A stretch of DNA of 64,000 nt from an uncultured Pseudomonadota bacterium (GCA_963698375.1 CAVOQN010000006.1:165488-229487), one strand, 5' to 3'. Counted from the first letter of the stretch, positions 48,332 to 58,145 are shown. Numbers and translations are program-made. Notes: generated by a model from the sequence alone, not told the origin.

Positions 48332-48387
48332 TTTGTGAATTCATTAAGTTTCTCCGGCCTTTTTGTTACCCCGTGCTTGTGCTGTTC

Positions 48388-49242
48388 TCAGCTGCGGGGG
48401 ACGGTTTGTTTACGTGCGTGCTGCAACTCCAGTTCAAGCAACATGTCTTTTTCCAGATTCTTTAAATAACCCGGGTTCGTATTGTGGTAGCCGTTAAGAA
48501 AGGCGATGCGGACTTTATTGTCCGGTAGCGACAGGATTTCGACACGGTACTCGATTTCCTTGCGTGTGTAGCTTCCAGTGCTCCGACCTGGTTCGCTTTT
48601 CAATACGGTCCAACCACGCTTTAACAGGGCAATATTCGCCACTTGTTGCAGGGTGGCGGGTGTGGCATTGAACTTCTCCACATTGAGCGTAACGTATTCA
48701 ACAAACAGGGCCGGTTCATCCACCGCCTTTTTGGCCACAGGCTTTACTGCACCGGGCGTACCCGTGTTTGATTGGGGCGTTGGCAGTGTCGGAATTGTTT
48801 TGGCCAGGTAGTCGGCCATGGCTATCATGTCGGGATCGCTACGGGGGCTTATGGTAAATCTTTCGACGGCTTCCTGCGCTGTGAGTTTAGCGTTATTCCG
48901 AATTCGGAAATCAGCGCCGTTCCTGAGTAAAATTGCCGCCACCGGCCGGTGCATGTAGACGCCCGCCAGATGCAGGGCGGTATCCCCATTGTTGTCCTGA
49001 AGATTGAGGTCGGCCCCGGCCTGGACCAATTCCTCGACGGCGTTCTGTTTTCCATAGCGTGCCGCAATCATCAAGGCACTGCGGCCGATATCGTAGCGCT
49101 TGTTGATGTCCGCGCCGGTGCTGAGTTGCGCACGCAGCGCTCCCACATTGCCTTTTTTGGCAGCCTCATCCAGGGTCGGCGCGGCGTGTACTACCGGTAC
49201 CAGCAGTGAGATATTCAAAAAAAATATGATATAGCGAAACAT
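48388..49242 (-). CDS. secreted ankyrin-repeat protein with unknown C-terminal domain
   Basis: Signal peptide. Three to four ANK repeats (GRSALMIAARYGKQNAVEELVQAGADLN, NGDTALHLA). Confidence 0.8.
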   Translation of the reverse strand: MFRYIIFFLNISLLVPVVHAAPTLDEAAKKGNVGALRAQLSTGADINKRYDIGRSALMIAARYGKQNAVEELVQAGADLNLQDNNGDTALHLAGVYMHRPVAAILLRNGADFRIRNNAKLTAQEAVERFTISPRSDPDMIAMADYLAKTIPTLPTPQSNTGTPGAVKPVAKKAVDEPALFVEYVTLNVEKFNATPATLQQVANIALLKRGWTVLKSEPGRSTGSYTRKEIEYRVEILSLPDNKVRIAFLNGYHNTNPGYLKNLEKDMLLELELQHARKQTVPRS

Positions 49243-49479
49243 GGATTCTCCAGATGTAACAGACCGGTGAGTATGCAGAAATAGTAAGCGTTCCTTTCAG
49301 GAAAAACCACGCGTGCTCAATCGACGTCGTTTCTTGCTCACAACTATGCAAGAATCTGTGTCAAATATTCAGGGTCAGAGTCAAAACTGCGCACTTCTGT
49401 ACAATTAGTTAAAGGGAACGCAGTGATTTAGGTTTGATCCCCCTATCTCCGTACCACCACCGACACACGAGGACCACCC

Positions 49480-49944
49480 ATGGATATCCAACGACTTGCC
49501 GTTCTCCTTTCCATTTGTTTTGCCGTAACCGCTTCTGTTGTCGTGGCCGACGATGTCCCGGGCATCAAGGACGGCGACCGGTTGACACAGGACGTTGCCG
49601 GCAAAGTCGCTGACATCTCCACCCCGGACTTGCAGCGCGCGATCGAGAAGATTCCGGACCTGGTGCTGATCGACATCCGCATGCCGAGCGAAATCGAGTC
49701 CATGGGCGGCGCCATCAAGGCGCCGCAGAACGTCAACATCCCGCGCGGCTGGCTTGAATTCCGCGTTACCAACACTGCCCGGAGCAAGGACACGCCCATC
49801 GTCGTGTACTGCGGCGGCAACATTCGCAGCGTTCTGGCCGCCCACACGCTACAGCAGATGGGCTACACCAACGTGAAGAACTACGCCGACGGTTTCTTCG
49901 GCTGGAAGCAGAAGGGGTTGCCGGTCAAACAGCAAGACAAATAG
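49480..49944 (+). CDS. secreted rhodanese-domain sulfurtransferase
   Basis: Signal peptide. Active-site loop VVYCGGNIRS. Confidence 0.85.
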   Translation: MDIQRLAVLLSICFAVTASVVVADDVPGIKDGDRLTQDVAGKVADISTPDLQRAIEKIPDLVLIDIRMPSEIESMGGAIKAPQNVNIPRGWLEFRVTNTARSKDTPIVVYCGGNIRSVLAAHTLQQMGYTNVKNYADGFFGWKQKGLPVKQQDK

Positions 49945-50030
49945 GGTCAGTGAGCATTTGTTGCTTGTAAGAGGGAAATTGGTGTCGGAAGGATCAGTAC
50001 CCAATTATTCGTTGCGAGTTGGACTGTAAA

Positions 50031-50064
50031 GGGGGACGGAGAGAGTTTAACCCCTCCGTCCCCC
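50031..50064. repeat. hairpin repeat, GGGGnCGGAG family (terminator-like)
   Basis: GGGGGACGGAGAGAGTTTAACCCCTCCGTCCCCC followed by TTTTTA. Confidence 0.75.
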
Positions 50065-50207
50065 TTTTTACGTCCTGAATTCCTTGCGGTTTGACAGCGA
50101 TTCCGTCCACGCGCAAGCTGTAAGCCGCTTCAAGTCCCGGTCTGAATCGCTTTCTCGCAAGATCCGTTCCGCGCCGTCCTGGCGCCCCTGCACGAGGAGA
50201 GATCGTC

Positions 50208-50486
50208 ATGCCACGTTATATGATTGAAGTCCCGCACAGCGCCGACAAGCGCGCCTGCCTGAATGCCGTTCACATTTTTCTCAAGACCGGCTCCCACTAC
50301 CTGACCCACTGTGACTGGGGTTGTTTCGATGGCGAACACAAGGCCTGGATCACGGTTGAAACCGACAGCCGCGATGATGCGCTGCGCATCGTGCCGCCCG
50401 CGTTCCGGCACGAGGCGAAGGTGACCCAGCTCAACGGCTTCAGCCTCGAACAGATCGAAGGCATGATGGAAAAACACCCCGGCTAA
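50208..50486 (+). CDS. hypothetical small protein
   Basis: 92-aa ORF with a GAGGAGAG RBS. I recognise no family. Confidence 0.6.
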   Translation: MPRYMIEVPHSADKRACLNAVHIFLKTGSHYLTHCDWGCFDGEHKAWITVETDSRDDALRIVPPAFRHEAKVTQLNGFSLEQIEGMMEKHPG

Positions 50487-50523
50487 CTGTTTGCATCGCC
50501 GATGCCCCGGGAGGGGAAAATTC

Positions 50524-51135
50524 ATGTCAGACTTTTATCTCGACAGTCATCGTGAACTGCAGGATCGCTTCGACACCCGGCGTCTCGCCGACCGCCTGGA
50601 CGAGGCGCTGGTGCATGACACCATCACCGAATCCGAGAAGGCGTTCATCGAAAGCCGCATGATGTTCTTCATTGCGACCGTGGACGAACGCGGGCACGCC
50701 ACCTGTTCCTATCGCGGCGGCGACCCCGGGTTCGTGCGGGTGGTGGACGAGCACACTATTGCCTTTCCCAACTACGACGGCAACGGGATGTACCAGTCCA
50801 TGGGGAACGTGCTCAACACCGGCCAGGTTGGGATCCTGTTTATCGACTTCGAACGGCCGCAGCGACTGCGCTTCAATGGCGAGGCGCGTATCGACCACAG
50901 CGATCCGCTCATGGCGGCGTATCCGGAAGCGCAATTCGTGGTCCGGGTACGGGCGCGCGAAATTTTCGGCAATTGTCCGCGCTACATTCACAAAATGAAG
51001 CTCGTCGAACGCTCCCATTTCGTACCCAAGCGCGGTTGCCAGACACCGGTACCCGGCTGGAAGGCCGGGGAATGGGTGGCGGATGTGTTGCCGCAGAGCG
51101 ATCCGGCCCGGGACAAGACCCGCGAAGTGCTGTAA
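50524..51135 (+). CDS. pyridoxamine 5'-phosphate oxidase-like FMN-binding protein
   Basis: ORF 50491..51135 trimmed to MSDFYL. Motifs MFFIATVDERGHATCSYRGG...NYDGNGMYQSMGN. Confidence 0.8.
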   Translation: MSDFYLDSHRELQDRFDTRRLADRLDEALVHDTITESEKAFIESRMMFFIATVDERGHATCSYRGGDPGFVRVVDEHTIAFPNYDGNGMYQSMGNVLNTGQVGILFIDFERPQRLRFNGEARIDHSDPLMAAYPEAQFVVRVRAREIFGNCPRYIHKMKLVERSHFVPKRGCQTPVPGWKAGEWVADVLPQSDPARDKTREVL

Positions 51136-51314
51136 CCGCCCACCTGACGGGCGCTCGGAATAACATAGATAGAGTCTGTGTGTCGCCATGCCAGCACATG
51201 CCTGGGCTATCCCTTGGGTGCTCAGTCCGGCTCGACTAGACTTATTGTCAATGGCACGTGGTAGGCCAGCGGATGGGCGTGTGCCGAAAGCCACATGGGC
51301 GGTAACCATAACGC

Positions 51315-52769
51315 ATGCGCTTCGTCCCATCTCTACGACTCATCGGTGCGCTGTACGCGACGATCGTCACCCTCATCATTGGGGCCGCATCGGGCTACGT
51401 ACTCTACGATCTCTATCGCCAGTCGCAGCAGCAGGGTGCGCAACGCATCGAGCGTGAATTCGCGCAGCAGGCGCAGGGCATCACCCAGCTCGTGCAGTTC
51501 TACAGCGGGGTGGCCGAACGCCTGGCGCGGCAGAGAACGGTTGTTGACCTCGCCCTGTTCGCCGACCACACCAAGGCGCAGGAATGGTCCGCCTCGTTGC
51601 GTGCGCATCTGCCCGATGTCACCGGACTTGCCTTGTTCGCCACCGACGGCGGAATCCTGGGTGAGTCGGCACCGCAACGTGTCGGACAACTCTGTCTTGC
51701 CGATATGCGCCGCCTGGCGACGGGCATGGCGGCACCGCGCTTTCCGGTACACAGCGAACGTGCCGGATTGGAGCATGTCGACATCACCGCAATGGTCAAA
51801 GAGAGCGAGAACACCGCGGGCATTCTGTTCCTCAGCCTTTCACTGCAGCGACTGCAGCAGACACTCGAAGAGGCGGCAGTCGCCGGTCAGGCCCTTGTGT
51901 TGCGCGACGCCGAAGGCAAGCGGATCGCAAGCATCGACAAGCTCGGGGAAGCGTCCGACGCTCAAACCGAGCAAGGACCGATTCCCGGCACACCCTGGTC
52001 GCTGGAACTCACACAGCGCAGTCCGGATGTCTGGCGTCTGTACCAGGTGTTTATTCCCGCCACCGTCGTGGCCGCACTCGCAGCGATCGTGCTGATCCTG
52101 GTTTTGTCCTGGAACTCGACGCGCCTGTTCACGCGCGAACTCGACCAGTTGCGAACCATGTTGCAGCAAGTGGCCGAAGGCGCGCCGCTTGGGCCTCAGC
52201 GGCAGCCGTGGTTACGTGAGTTGCAGCCCATCATTCCGGCCATTCACGTGCTCGCCGCTCAGATTCAAGACAAGCAAAATCAACTTGCCGAGCTCAGCGC
52301 GACCGACGCCCTCACGAAACTTGCCAACCGACGGCGCTTCGAGACGGACCTGGCCAGCGCGTTTGCCAACGCCCAACGCGGTCACGCGATGTATCTGGCG
52401 CTCATCGACCTCGATTATTTCAAGGACATCAACGATCAACAGGGGCACGACACCGGTGATCGCGTGTTGTGTGCACTGGCCGACGTACTGCGTCACGAAT
52501 GTCGTGCCGGCGACCAGGTCGCGCGTCTTGGAGGCGATGAGTTTGCGGCGATTCTGGCCGATACCACCAGCGAGGGAGTGGAGCAGTGGTACGAACGTCT
52601 CCGTGAGCATTTACGTAGTACCGCGGTGACGGCGTCCCTCACGATCAGCGTGGGTTTCATTGCCCTCGGGGGCGACCGCTTTGACCAGACGAGTGACGCA
52701 CTGCGTGCGGCCGATGCCGCACTCTATCAAGCCAAGGAGCGCGGTCGCAATTGTGTGATCGAGGGCTGA
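51315..52769 (+). CDS. membrane sensor diguanylate cyclase (GGDEF)
   Basis: Two TM segments flank a periplasmic region. Motifs DALTKLANRRRF and GGDEFAAIL. Confidence 0.85.
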   Translation: MRFVPSLRLIGALYATIVTLIIGAASGYVLYDLYRQSQQQGAQRIEREFAQQAQGITQLVQFYSGVAERLARQRTVVDLALFADHTKAQEWSASLRAHLPDVTGLALFATDGGILGESAPQRVGQLCLADMRRLATGMAAPRFPVHSERAGLEHVDITAMVKESENTAGILFLSLSLQRLQQTLEEAAVAGQALVLRDAEGKRIASIDKLGEASDAQTEQGPIPGTPWSLELTQRSPDVWRLYQVFIPATVVAALAAIVLILVLSWNSTRLFTRELDQLRTMLQQVAEGAPLGPQRQPWLRELQPIIPAIHVLAAQIQDKQNQLAELSATDALTKLANRRRFETDLASAFANAQRGHAMYLALIDLDYFKDINDQQGHDTGDRVLCALADVLRHECRAGDQVARLGGDEFAAILADTTSEGVEQWYERLREHLRSTAVTASLTISVGFIALGGDRFDQTSDALRAADAALYQAKERGRNCVIEG

Positions 52770-52795
52770 CAGGTTCCGGAGCGGGGTGCAATAGC

Positions 52796-52852
52796 TGTCA
52801 GAGAGAAATTCTTTCTAATACAAGAGCAATTGCTCTCTGTCCTCGTTTCATT
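52796..52852. repeat. palindromic repeat, GTCAGAGAG family (degenerate)
   Basis: CTGTCAGAGAGAAATTC...CAATTGCTCTCTGTCC. Confidence 0.65.
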
Positions 52853-52916
52853 CTCTATACCCACGCGGCCTGCACCATGCGTTTTTCTCAGTCGTTCAAA
52901 TGGAGGAGAATGCACG

Positions 52917-53214
52917 ATGCGTATTGGAAATCCCGGCACACTCGATTTCCGTAGCGTCGTAGCCGAGAATGGGAAAGAGGTTGTGACCTTTTGCTTGACA
53001 CGTGCCCAGGGAAGTCCTGCATCTGCATGTTTGCGTGCAGGACCGAGACGGTCTGTGGGTATATGACTGCTGTCCCACCCGCGAGGGCTTTGAGTCGTTT
53101 GCTGAAAGTGAGAATTTTCAGAATGCAGTGAAGGCCGCAGGGCTCCCGGCGCCGAAGGTAACGCCGATGGGTGATGTGCACGCCGCATTTCTGGCAGGAC
53201 AGCGTGCCCTGTAA
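52917..53214 (+). pseudogene. small conserved-looking protein, apparently frameshifted near 53000
   Basis: GGAGGAG RBS before ATG 52917 (MRIGNPGTLDF...). Continues in ORF 53002..53214 (..GLWVYDCCPTREGFESFAESENFQNAV..). Confidence 0.4.
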
Positions 53215-53267
53215 AAACAAGAAACAAGTCGTGAATGGATTCTGAATCCACTCCACAGGAAAACCAA

Positions 53268-54230
53268 ATGCCAACGGCACGCTTTCGAAATGCAGCACTG
53301 GTGATAGTGGGCGCAGTGGTTGTCGGGCTGGGCGTAGTGACGGCTTCGTATCAACGCGACATTCAACAGGCCCGCGAGCGGGTGGCGACTGGCAGCCGCA
53401 TTGCCCAGACGCCCTGCGGTCCGATTGAATACGCCGTGGTGGGTGACGGTCCGCCAGTGCTGGTGGTGCATGGCGCCGGCGGTGGATTCGACCAGGGACT
53501 GGATTTCGCGACGCCACTGGCTGGACGCGGCTTTCGCCTTATCGCCATGTCACGCTTCGGTTATTTGCGCACGCCGCTGCCGACGGATGCCTCGCCGCCG
53601 GCGCAGGCCGATGCGCATGCCTGCCTGCTGGACGCACTCGGCATCAAGCGCGTCGGCGTTTTCGGCGCTTCGGCCGGTGCCCCGTCTTCCCTGCAGTTTG
53701 CCTTGCGGCACCCGCAACGAATCAGCGCACTTGTGTTGCTCGTTCCGGCCACTTATGTACCGCGACCCGGCGACGCACCGTCGGTGACCAAGCCCAGTGG
53801 CCTGGAATTCGTGATTGATATGGGCCTGCGGTCGGATTTTCTGTTTTGGGCAGCTGCGCGGCTCGCGCCTCAAACCTTGACCCGCGCAATACTCGCGACA
53901 CCGCCGGCCGTGGTGGCGGGCGCCAGCCCTGAGGAGCAGGCACGCGTGCAGATGATGCTGGACCACATCCTGCCGATTTCGCAGCGCCGGTTCGGCCTGC
54001 TGAACGAGGCCGCCGTTATCCCTTCCATCCAGCGCTATGCGCTCGAACGCATCCGCACCCCGACCTTGACGATGAGTTTTGCTGACGACCTGTTTGGTAC
54101 CTATGAAGCTGCCCGCTACACGGCCGAGCAGATACGCGGCGCTCACTTTGTCGGCTACCCGAGTGGTGGACACCTGGCAGTTGGACGCCAGCAAGAAGTA
54201 TGGAACGAGATTGCGCGTTTTCTGAAATAG
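53268..54230 (+). CDS. alpha/beta hydrolase
   Basis: ORF 53235..54230. Motifs VVHGAGGG and GASAGA nucleophile elbow. N-terminal TM segment. Confidence 0.8.
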   Translation: MPTARFRNAALVIVGAVVVGLGVVTASYQRDIQQARERVATGSRIAQTPCGPIEYAVVGDGPPVLVVHGAGGGFDQGLDFATPLAGRGFRLIAMSRFGYLRTPLPTDASPPAQADAHACLLDALGIKRVGVFGASAGAPSSLQFALRHPQRISALVLLVPATYVPRPGDAPSVTKPSGLEFVIDMGLRSDFLFWAAARLAPQTLTRAILATPPAVVAGASPEEQARVQMMLDHILPISQRRFGLLNEAAVIPSIQRYALERIRTPTLTMSFADDLFGTYEAARYTAEQIRGAHFVGYPSGGHLAVGRQQEVWNEIARFLK

Positions 54231-54470
54231 CAGCTAACAACGTGGACCAGGTAATCGTGTCAGCGATAAGAGTGGTCAGAACACATCCAGGAGATACGAA
54301 TAGTAAGGGCCAACGTATAAACAGCTCACTTCTGCACCATTGCATGTTTTCCGGTTGATTCGACCCCATGCCCCATATGACTATTCCATCCAGGCTGGTT
54401 ATACCAATAGCCCGGGCCTTCGCACGTGGATTAGATTGGGATACCTTCCCTGGAACGAGATAAAGGTGAA

Positions 54471-55079
54471 ATGAAGATGAAAAACAAAATACTGATCGGA
54501 ATTGGAATTCTGGTTGTCATTCTGGCTGTTGCATGGGTCTTTGCCGAGCCAGTGGAAAAGTATAAGGCTGGCGACGCGTTCCCGCCGACGAAACTCGTGA
54601 ACATACACGGTGTTGAGGTCACCATCCCGAACTCAAAATCAAAATGGATTCACCTTCAATTCCGCAGATTTGCCGGCTGCCCAATCTGCAACTTGCATCT
54701 TCAGTCATTCTTAAAAAGAAACTCAGAGATTGAAGCAGCGGGTATTCGTGAGGTTGTCGTATTCCACTCGCCCAGAGAGTCGCTGCTGCCGTATCAGGGT
54801 AAATTCCCGTTTGATGTCATCGGCGATCCCGACAAGAAGTTGTACGCACAATTCGGCGTCGGGACGTCAATATTTTCCTTGCTGGATGTACGCGCCTGGC
54901 CGGCTATCGTGCGAGGCAATTCTGCAAAAGACAAACCGACAGTGGATCCGGAGGGCAGCGTTTTGGGTTTACCGGCAGACTTCCTCGTCAATTCAGAGGG
55001 CACAATTGTCGCCAGTCATTATGGCAGACATTCCTACGATCAGTGGTCGGTAGATGAACTTCTGGCGCTTGCGAAATAG
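54471..55079 (+). CDS. peroxiredoxin-like (AhpC/TSA, redoxin) family protein
   Basis: N-terminal TM or signal segment. FRRFAGCPICNLHL motif. Confidence 0.8.
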   Translation: MKMKNKILIGIGILVVILAVAWVFAEPVEKYKAGDAFPPTKLVNIHGVEVTIPNSKSKWIHLQFRRFAGCPICNLHLQSFLKRNSEIEAAGIREVVVFHSPRESLLPYQGKFPFDVIGDPDKKLYAQFGVGTSIFSLLDVRAWPAIVRGNSAKDKPTVDPEGSVLGLPADFLVNSEGTIVASHYGRHSYDQWSVDELLALAK

Positions 55080-55192
55080 AAATTCGAATCCGGGGGCAGA
55101 TTTATTTACAGCGCGCGTATCTGCAGGGACAGTGGAAAGTGCTTGCGTTGATAAGCAATATTCCCTCTGCCCCCTTTCCCGTCCTCGTCAGA

Positions 55193-55498
55193 TTAGAAAC
55201 TGGAGCAGGCTGGCCCATCCTTGCCCGCAAGGACGCCTTTGATATCCGGATGATTTTTTAGCTCGCCCAGTATTTTGCTGTAGAGCGCGTCAGGCGTATT
55301 TCTGGCGAAGACAACATCAAGATAGCCGTCCTCTCCAATGACATAACTTGTGAATTCGTCCGCATCGTACTTAAAAAGTATATTGGTAACGGCAGTACTG
55401 GTTTTTGCCTGAGCATCCTCTGCAAGAACTGTTTCAGTACCAGCGATTCCGCAGAACATCATGAACGTAAATAAAAAAGGCGTTATTTTCCGACGCAT
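55193..55498 (-). CDS. small secreted hypothetical protein
   Basis: 101-aa ORF with a signal peptide. I recognise no family. Confidence 0.55.
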   Translation of the reverse strand: MRRKITPFLFTFMMFCGIAGTETVLAEDAQAKTSTAVTNILFKYDADEFTSYVIGEDGYLDVVFARNTPDALYSKILGELKNHPDIKGVLAGKDGPACSSF

Positions 55499-55915
55499 TG
55501 TAATTCCTCGCTTGTAGATCAGGGCAACACCCTGACGATCCTAATCACCAGCAGTTGATATATTAGGTGTGGCAAAGGCGTATCGTTTTTTTGTCGTCCG
55601 TGTTTTGAGTGTAGTTCGACTGAGTGCAGAGTACAGGCGCATCTCATTGCCTGTCAGGCCCTCGTTTGGGATGGGCGTCAACTGATCGCCGGCTATCCGA
55701 TCGAAGAAACCAGCCCCATCGACTGCTCCAGTGAGAAGAGACGAGTGATGTCTATCCGGAAACCCAAGGCAAAAAGTAGACGCCTTGTTGCGGCGTATTT
55801 TCTTTCAGGACCTGACGGTTTGCATGCTCATGGTAGTGTCCTTTTTGGTAGTTAGGGACACCAAGCCTAGCCGGGGCCTGCTGACAGCCTTATGTCAGTA
55901 GGCTTTGAAAAATAA

Positions 55916-55940
55916 TGCCTGTCGAAGCGGGGATCGAACT
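55916..55940 (-). other. tRNA 3'-end-like fragment (T-loop plus acceptor 3' strand), not a complete tRNA
   Basis: The minus strand reads GTTCGATCCCCGCTTCGACAGGCA. No matching 5' half or anticodon arm. Confidence 0.3.
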
Positions 55941-56073
55941 ATGGGGGCAGACCACGGATCCTTCTGTATTGATGAATGGGCCTGGTGCAAGACGCAGCCT
56001 TTGTCCCAACTTCTCAACTGAGAATCTTTTGTCCTTGACCTGAACTAATACCGGAAGATTGGTCATTCCCGAC

Positions 56074-56526
56074 TCAGTGTAAATAGGCGTAACCGTCGTG
56101 TTGCAAGCGGACGATCTCCGCATCCGCCATGGGCACGAGCTTGATGAAGTCCTCAAAATCGTTCCGGCCGAAGCCTTGCATTTTTGCCGAAGCCTGACAA
56201 AGCCGGAATTGGATCACGTCGCCGATAGCGAGATCCCGTGCGCGCCTGGCATGGTCCTGGTGATGTTTGCGCGTGCCTTTCGCGAACGGTTGAATCGCAC
56301 CGTCGTGGATTACGACGACGATTGAGGCGGCGAAGGGATCGCTGCCATAAATAGTCTGCAGCAGACTAACCCGATCGAGAATCTGCATTAATTTGGAAGG
56401 ATCGGCGCTGGAGACGTCGTACACCACCTTTGCCGGTGCATACCGACCTGAATCGGTCGCCCTGACGGGCGCGGCAACCAATACCAGCATCAATGCGGCG
56501 ATGACGTAACGGATTGGCATGTTCAT
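56074..56526 (-). CDS. periplasmic DsrE/DsrF-like (COG1416-type) protein
   Basis: Signal peptide. Motifs KVVYDVS...IVVVIHDGAI...FRLCQASA...VRLQHDGYAYLH. Lies 8 nt after the anti-sigma stop. Confidence 0.7.
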   Translation of the reverse strand: MNMPIRYVIAALMLVLVAAPVRATDSGRYAPAKVVYDVSSADPSKLMQILDRVSLLQTIYGSDPFAASIVVVIHDGAIQPFAKGTRKHHQDHARRARDLAIGDVIQFRLCQASAKMQGFGRNDFEDFIKLVPMADAEIVRLQHDGYAYLH

Positions 56527-56534
56527 CCGGCGAA

Positions 56535-56795
56535 TCAGAAATTGTCGATCAGCTTCTTCAAACGATTCTGCAGCGAAGGGGGAGTTTTATCCGCGCCGGT
56601 TTTCTTCAGGCGCTCGTTGATCTCCCGCTCGATCTGGGCGCGGGAAAAGCAGCTGCGGCAGTGGTCGAGGTGGTGCTCGATCATGTTTATGTCTTTCGGA
56701 TTCTTCAGCTCGCCATTCAAGTACGCATAGAGATGATCGAACGCCTCCAGGCAGTCGCTGTCCAGGTTTTCGGGCTTGTCGGGTGTGTGTGTCAT
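56535..56795 (-). CDS. RsrA-type ZAS anti-sigma factor (small, soluble)
   Basis: 86 aa. C15, H42-x3-C46-x2-C49 (HLDHCRSC). ATGA overlap with the sigma stop. Confidence 0.85.
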   Translation of the reverse strand: MTHTPDKPENLDSDCLEAFDHLYAYLNGELKNPKDINMIEHHLDHCRSCFSRAQIEREINERLKKTGADKTPPSLQNRLKKLIDNF

Positions 56796-57409
56796 GAGTG
56801 CGATTCCATCTGGTTGCAGTTAGGTACAAGACCGGCATCCTGTGCGTGCTGCCACAGGGATTTTTGCAGCAAGGTGCGGCCCCGGTTCATTCGTGAACGG
56901 ATGGTGCCGGGTGAGACATCCAGAACCTCGGCGGCATCGTCGTAGGACAGCCCTTCGATGTTGATCAGCACCACCACCACACGGAACGACTCGGGCAGGC
57001 TTTCAATCGCGGCGAGCAGGTCGTTGCCGAGCAGTTTATTGAATACTTCCCGCTCCGGGTTGGCCCACCAATTAAGAAACTCATCGGATTGATGGATAAG
57101 CAGGCTGGCGATTTCACTGTCATCACCTGCCGTGGACAATTCATCGTATGCGGTTTCCGTCGGGCGAACGGATTTCTTGCGGTAATCGCTGAAATAGCAG
57201 TTGTGGAGAATGCGGAACATCCACGGGCGGAAACGACCCTGATCCTCCAGGCTGTCGAGGGACGACCACGCCCTCGATGCGGCCTCCGCGACCAGGTCTT
57301 CGGCATCGGCGCTGTTGCGGGTGAGCCGCAGCGCCACCGAATACAGTGAGTGCATGTTGTCGTCGATGCGTCGGCTGAAGAAGGCCTTCTTGTCGTCTTG
57401 ATCCGACAT
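56792..57409 (-). CDS. ECF sigma factor, paralog of 38143..38793
   Basis: Motifs DAEDLVAEAASRAW, WWANPE, LPESFRVVVVL and PGTIRSRMNRGR. Confidence 0.9.
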   Translation of the reverse strand: MSDQDDKKAFFSRRIDDNMHSLYSVALRLTRNSADAEDLVAEAASRAWSSLDSLEDQGRFRPWMFRILHNCYFSDYRKKSVRPTETAYDELSTAGDDSEIASLLIHQSDEFLNWWANPEREVFNKLLGNDLLAAIESLPESFRVVVVLINIEGLSYDDAAEVLDVSPGTIRSRMNRGRTLLQKSLWQHAQDAGLVPNCNQMESHS

Positions 57410-57413
57410 CGTG

Positions 57414-58145
57414 TTATCCCGCGGCCATTCCCGATTGATAAACCCGTATACCACCCGGAGACAGCAGGCGCCAGTTCTCGTTCGTCAATGGCGCGGTTGC
57501 CAGCAGCACCTGCGAGTTCCGGCTGATCGATGTATAGAAGGTCTGTTCCAGCACATGCAGCTGTGTGTGGGCATGAACAAAGAGGTATTCGCCGTTGCTG
57601 AGAATGAAATTGAATTCCCCGAGTGCAGACAGCTCGTTGACGACCGGCTCTATCGCGGCCGTCACGTCGCCCGGAAAAATTGCGCTGCCGTGTTTAACAT
57701 TGGTTGCGATGGCATCCAGCAGCATGCAAAAAGCCCGCTCGGAATCGGTATTCCCCAGCGGCTGAAACCGGCCGGGGGTGCATTGACTCACATCGGCCAA
57801 CCCCGGCAGTTTGCCGTTGTGCGCGAAAATCCAGGAGTGGCCATTCCATTCCCTCTCGAAGGGGTGGGTGTTGGCGGCCGTCCGGCCAGCGCTGGCGGGA
57901 TTGGCCCTGCGAATATGGGCAACCACGGTTGTGCTTTTCAGACGCGATTTCGCCAGCAAGGAGAGATAGCGACTCTCTGACGCGGGGACCGCGTCCTTGA
58001 AGACGCGCGAAGCACGGCCCTCGAAATAGGCTACCCCCCAACCGTCGGCGTGCGGTCCACTCTTCCCACCGCGGGGGATCAGGCGCGTCAAATAATGGCC
58101 AACATCCGTTGGCTGGTTCGCGCTCATTGCAAAAAGTTCGCACAT
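57414..58145 (-). CDS. class II glutamine amidotransferase (YafJ-like)
   Basis: N-terminal MCELFAMSAN... with nucleophile Cys2. DGWGVAYFEG. Confidence 0.85.
   Translation of the reverse strand: MCELFAMSANQPTDVGHYLTRLIPRGGKSGPHADGWGVAYFEGRASRVFKDAVPASESRYLSLLAKSRLKSTTVVAHIRRANPASAGRTAANTHPFEREWNGHSWIFAHNGKLPGLADVSQCTPGRFQPLGNTDSERAFCMLLDAIATNVKHGSAIFPGDVTAAIEPVVNELSALGEFNFILSNGEYLFVHAHTQLHVLEQTFYTSISRNSQVLLATAPLTNENWRLLSPGGIRVYQSGMAAG

Noticed and set aside
55890-56156. The 88-aa minus-strand ORF overlapping the 3' end of the DsrE-like gene.
   Set aside because: Its upstream half overlaps 56074..56526 out of frame. The remainder lies in the decayed non-coding patch with no RBS or recognisable family.
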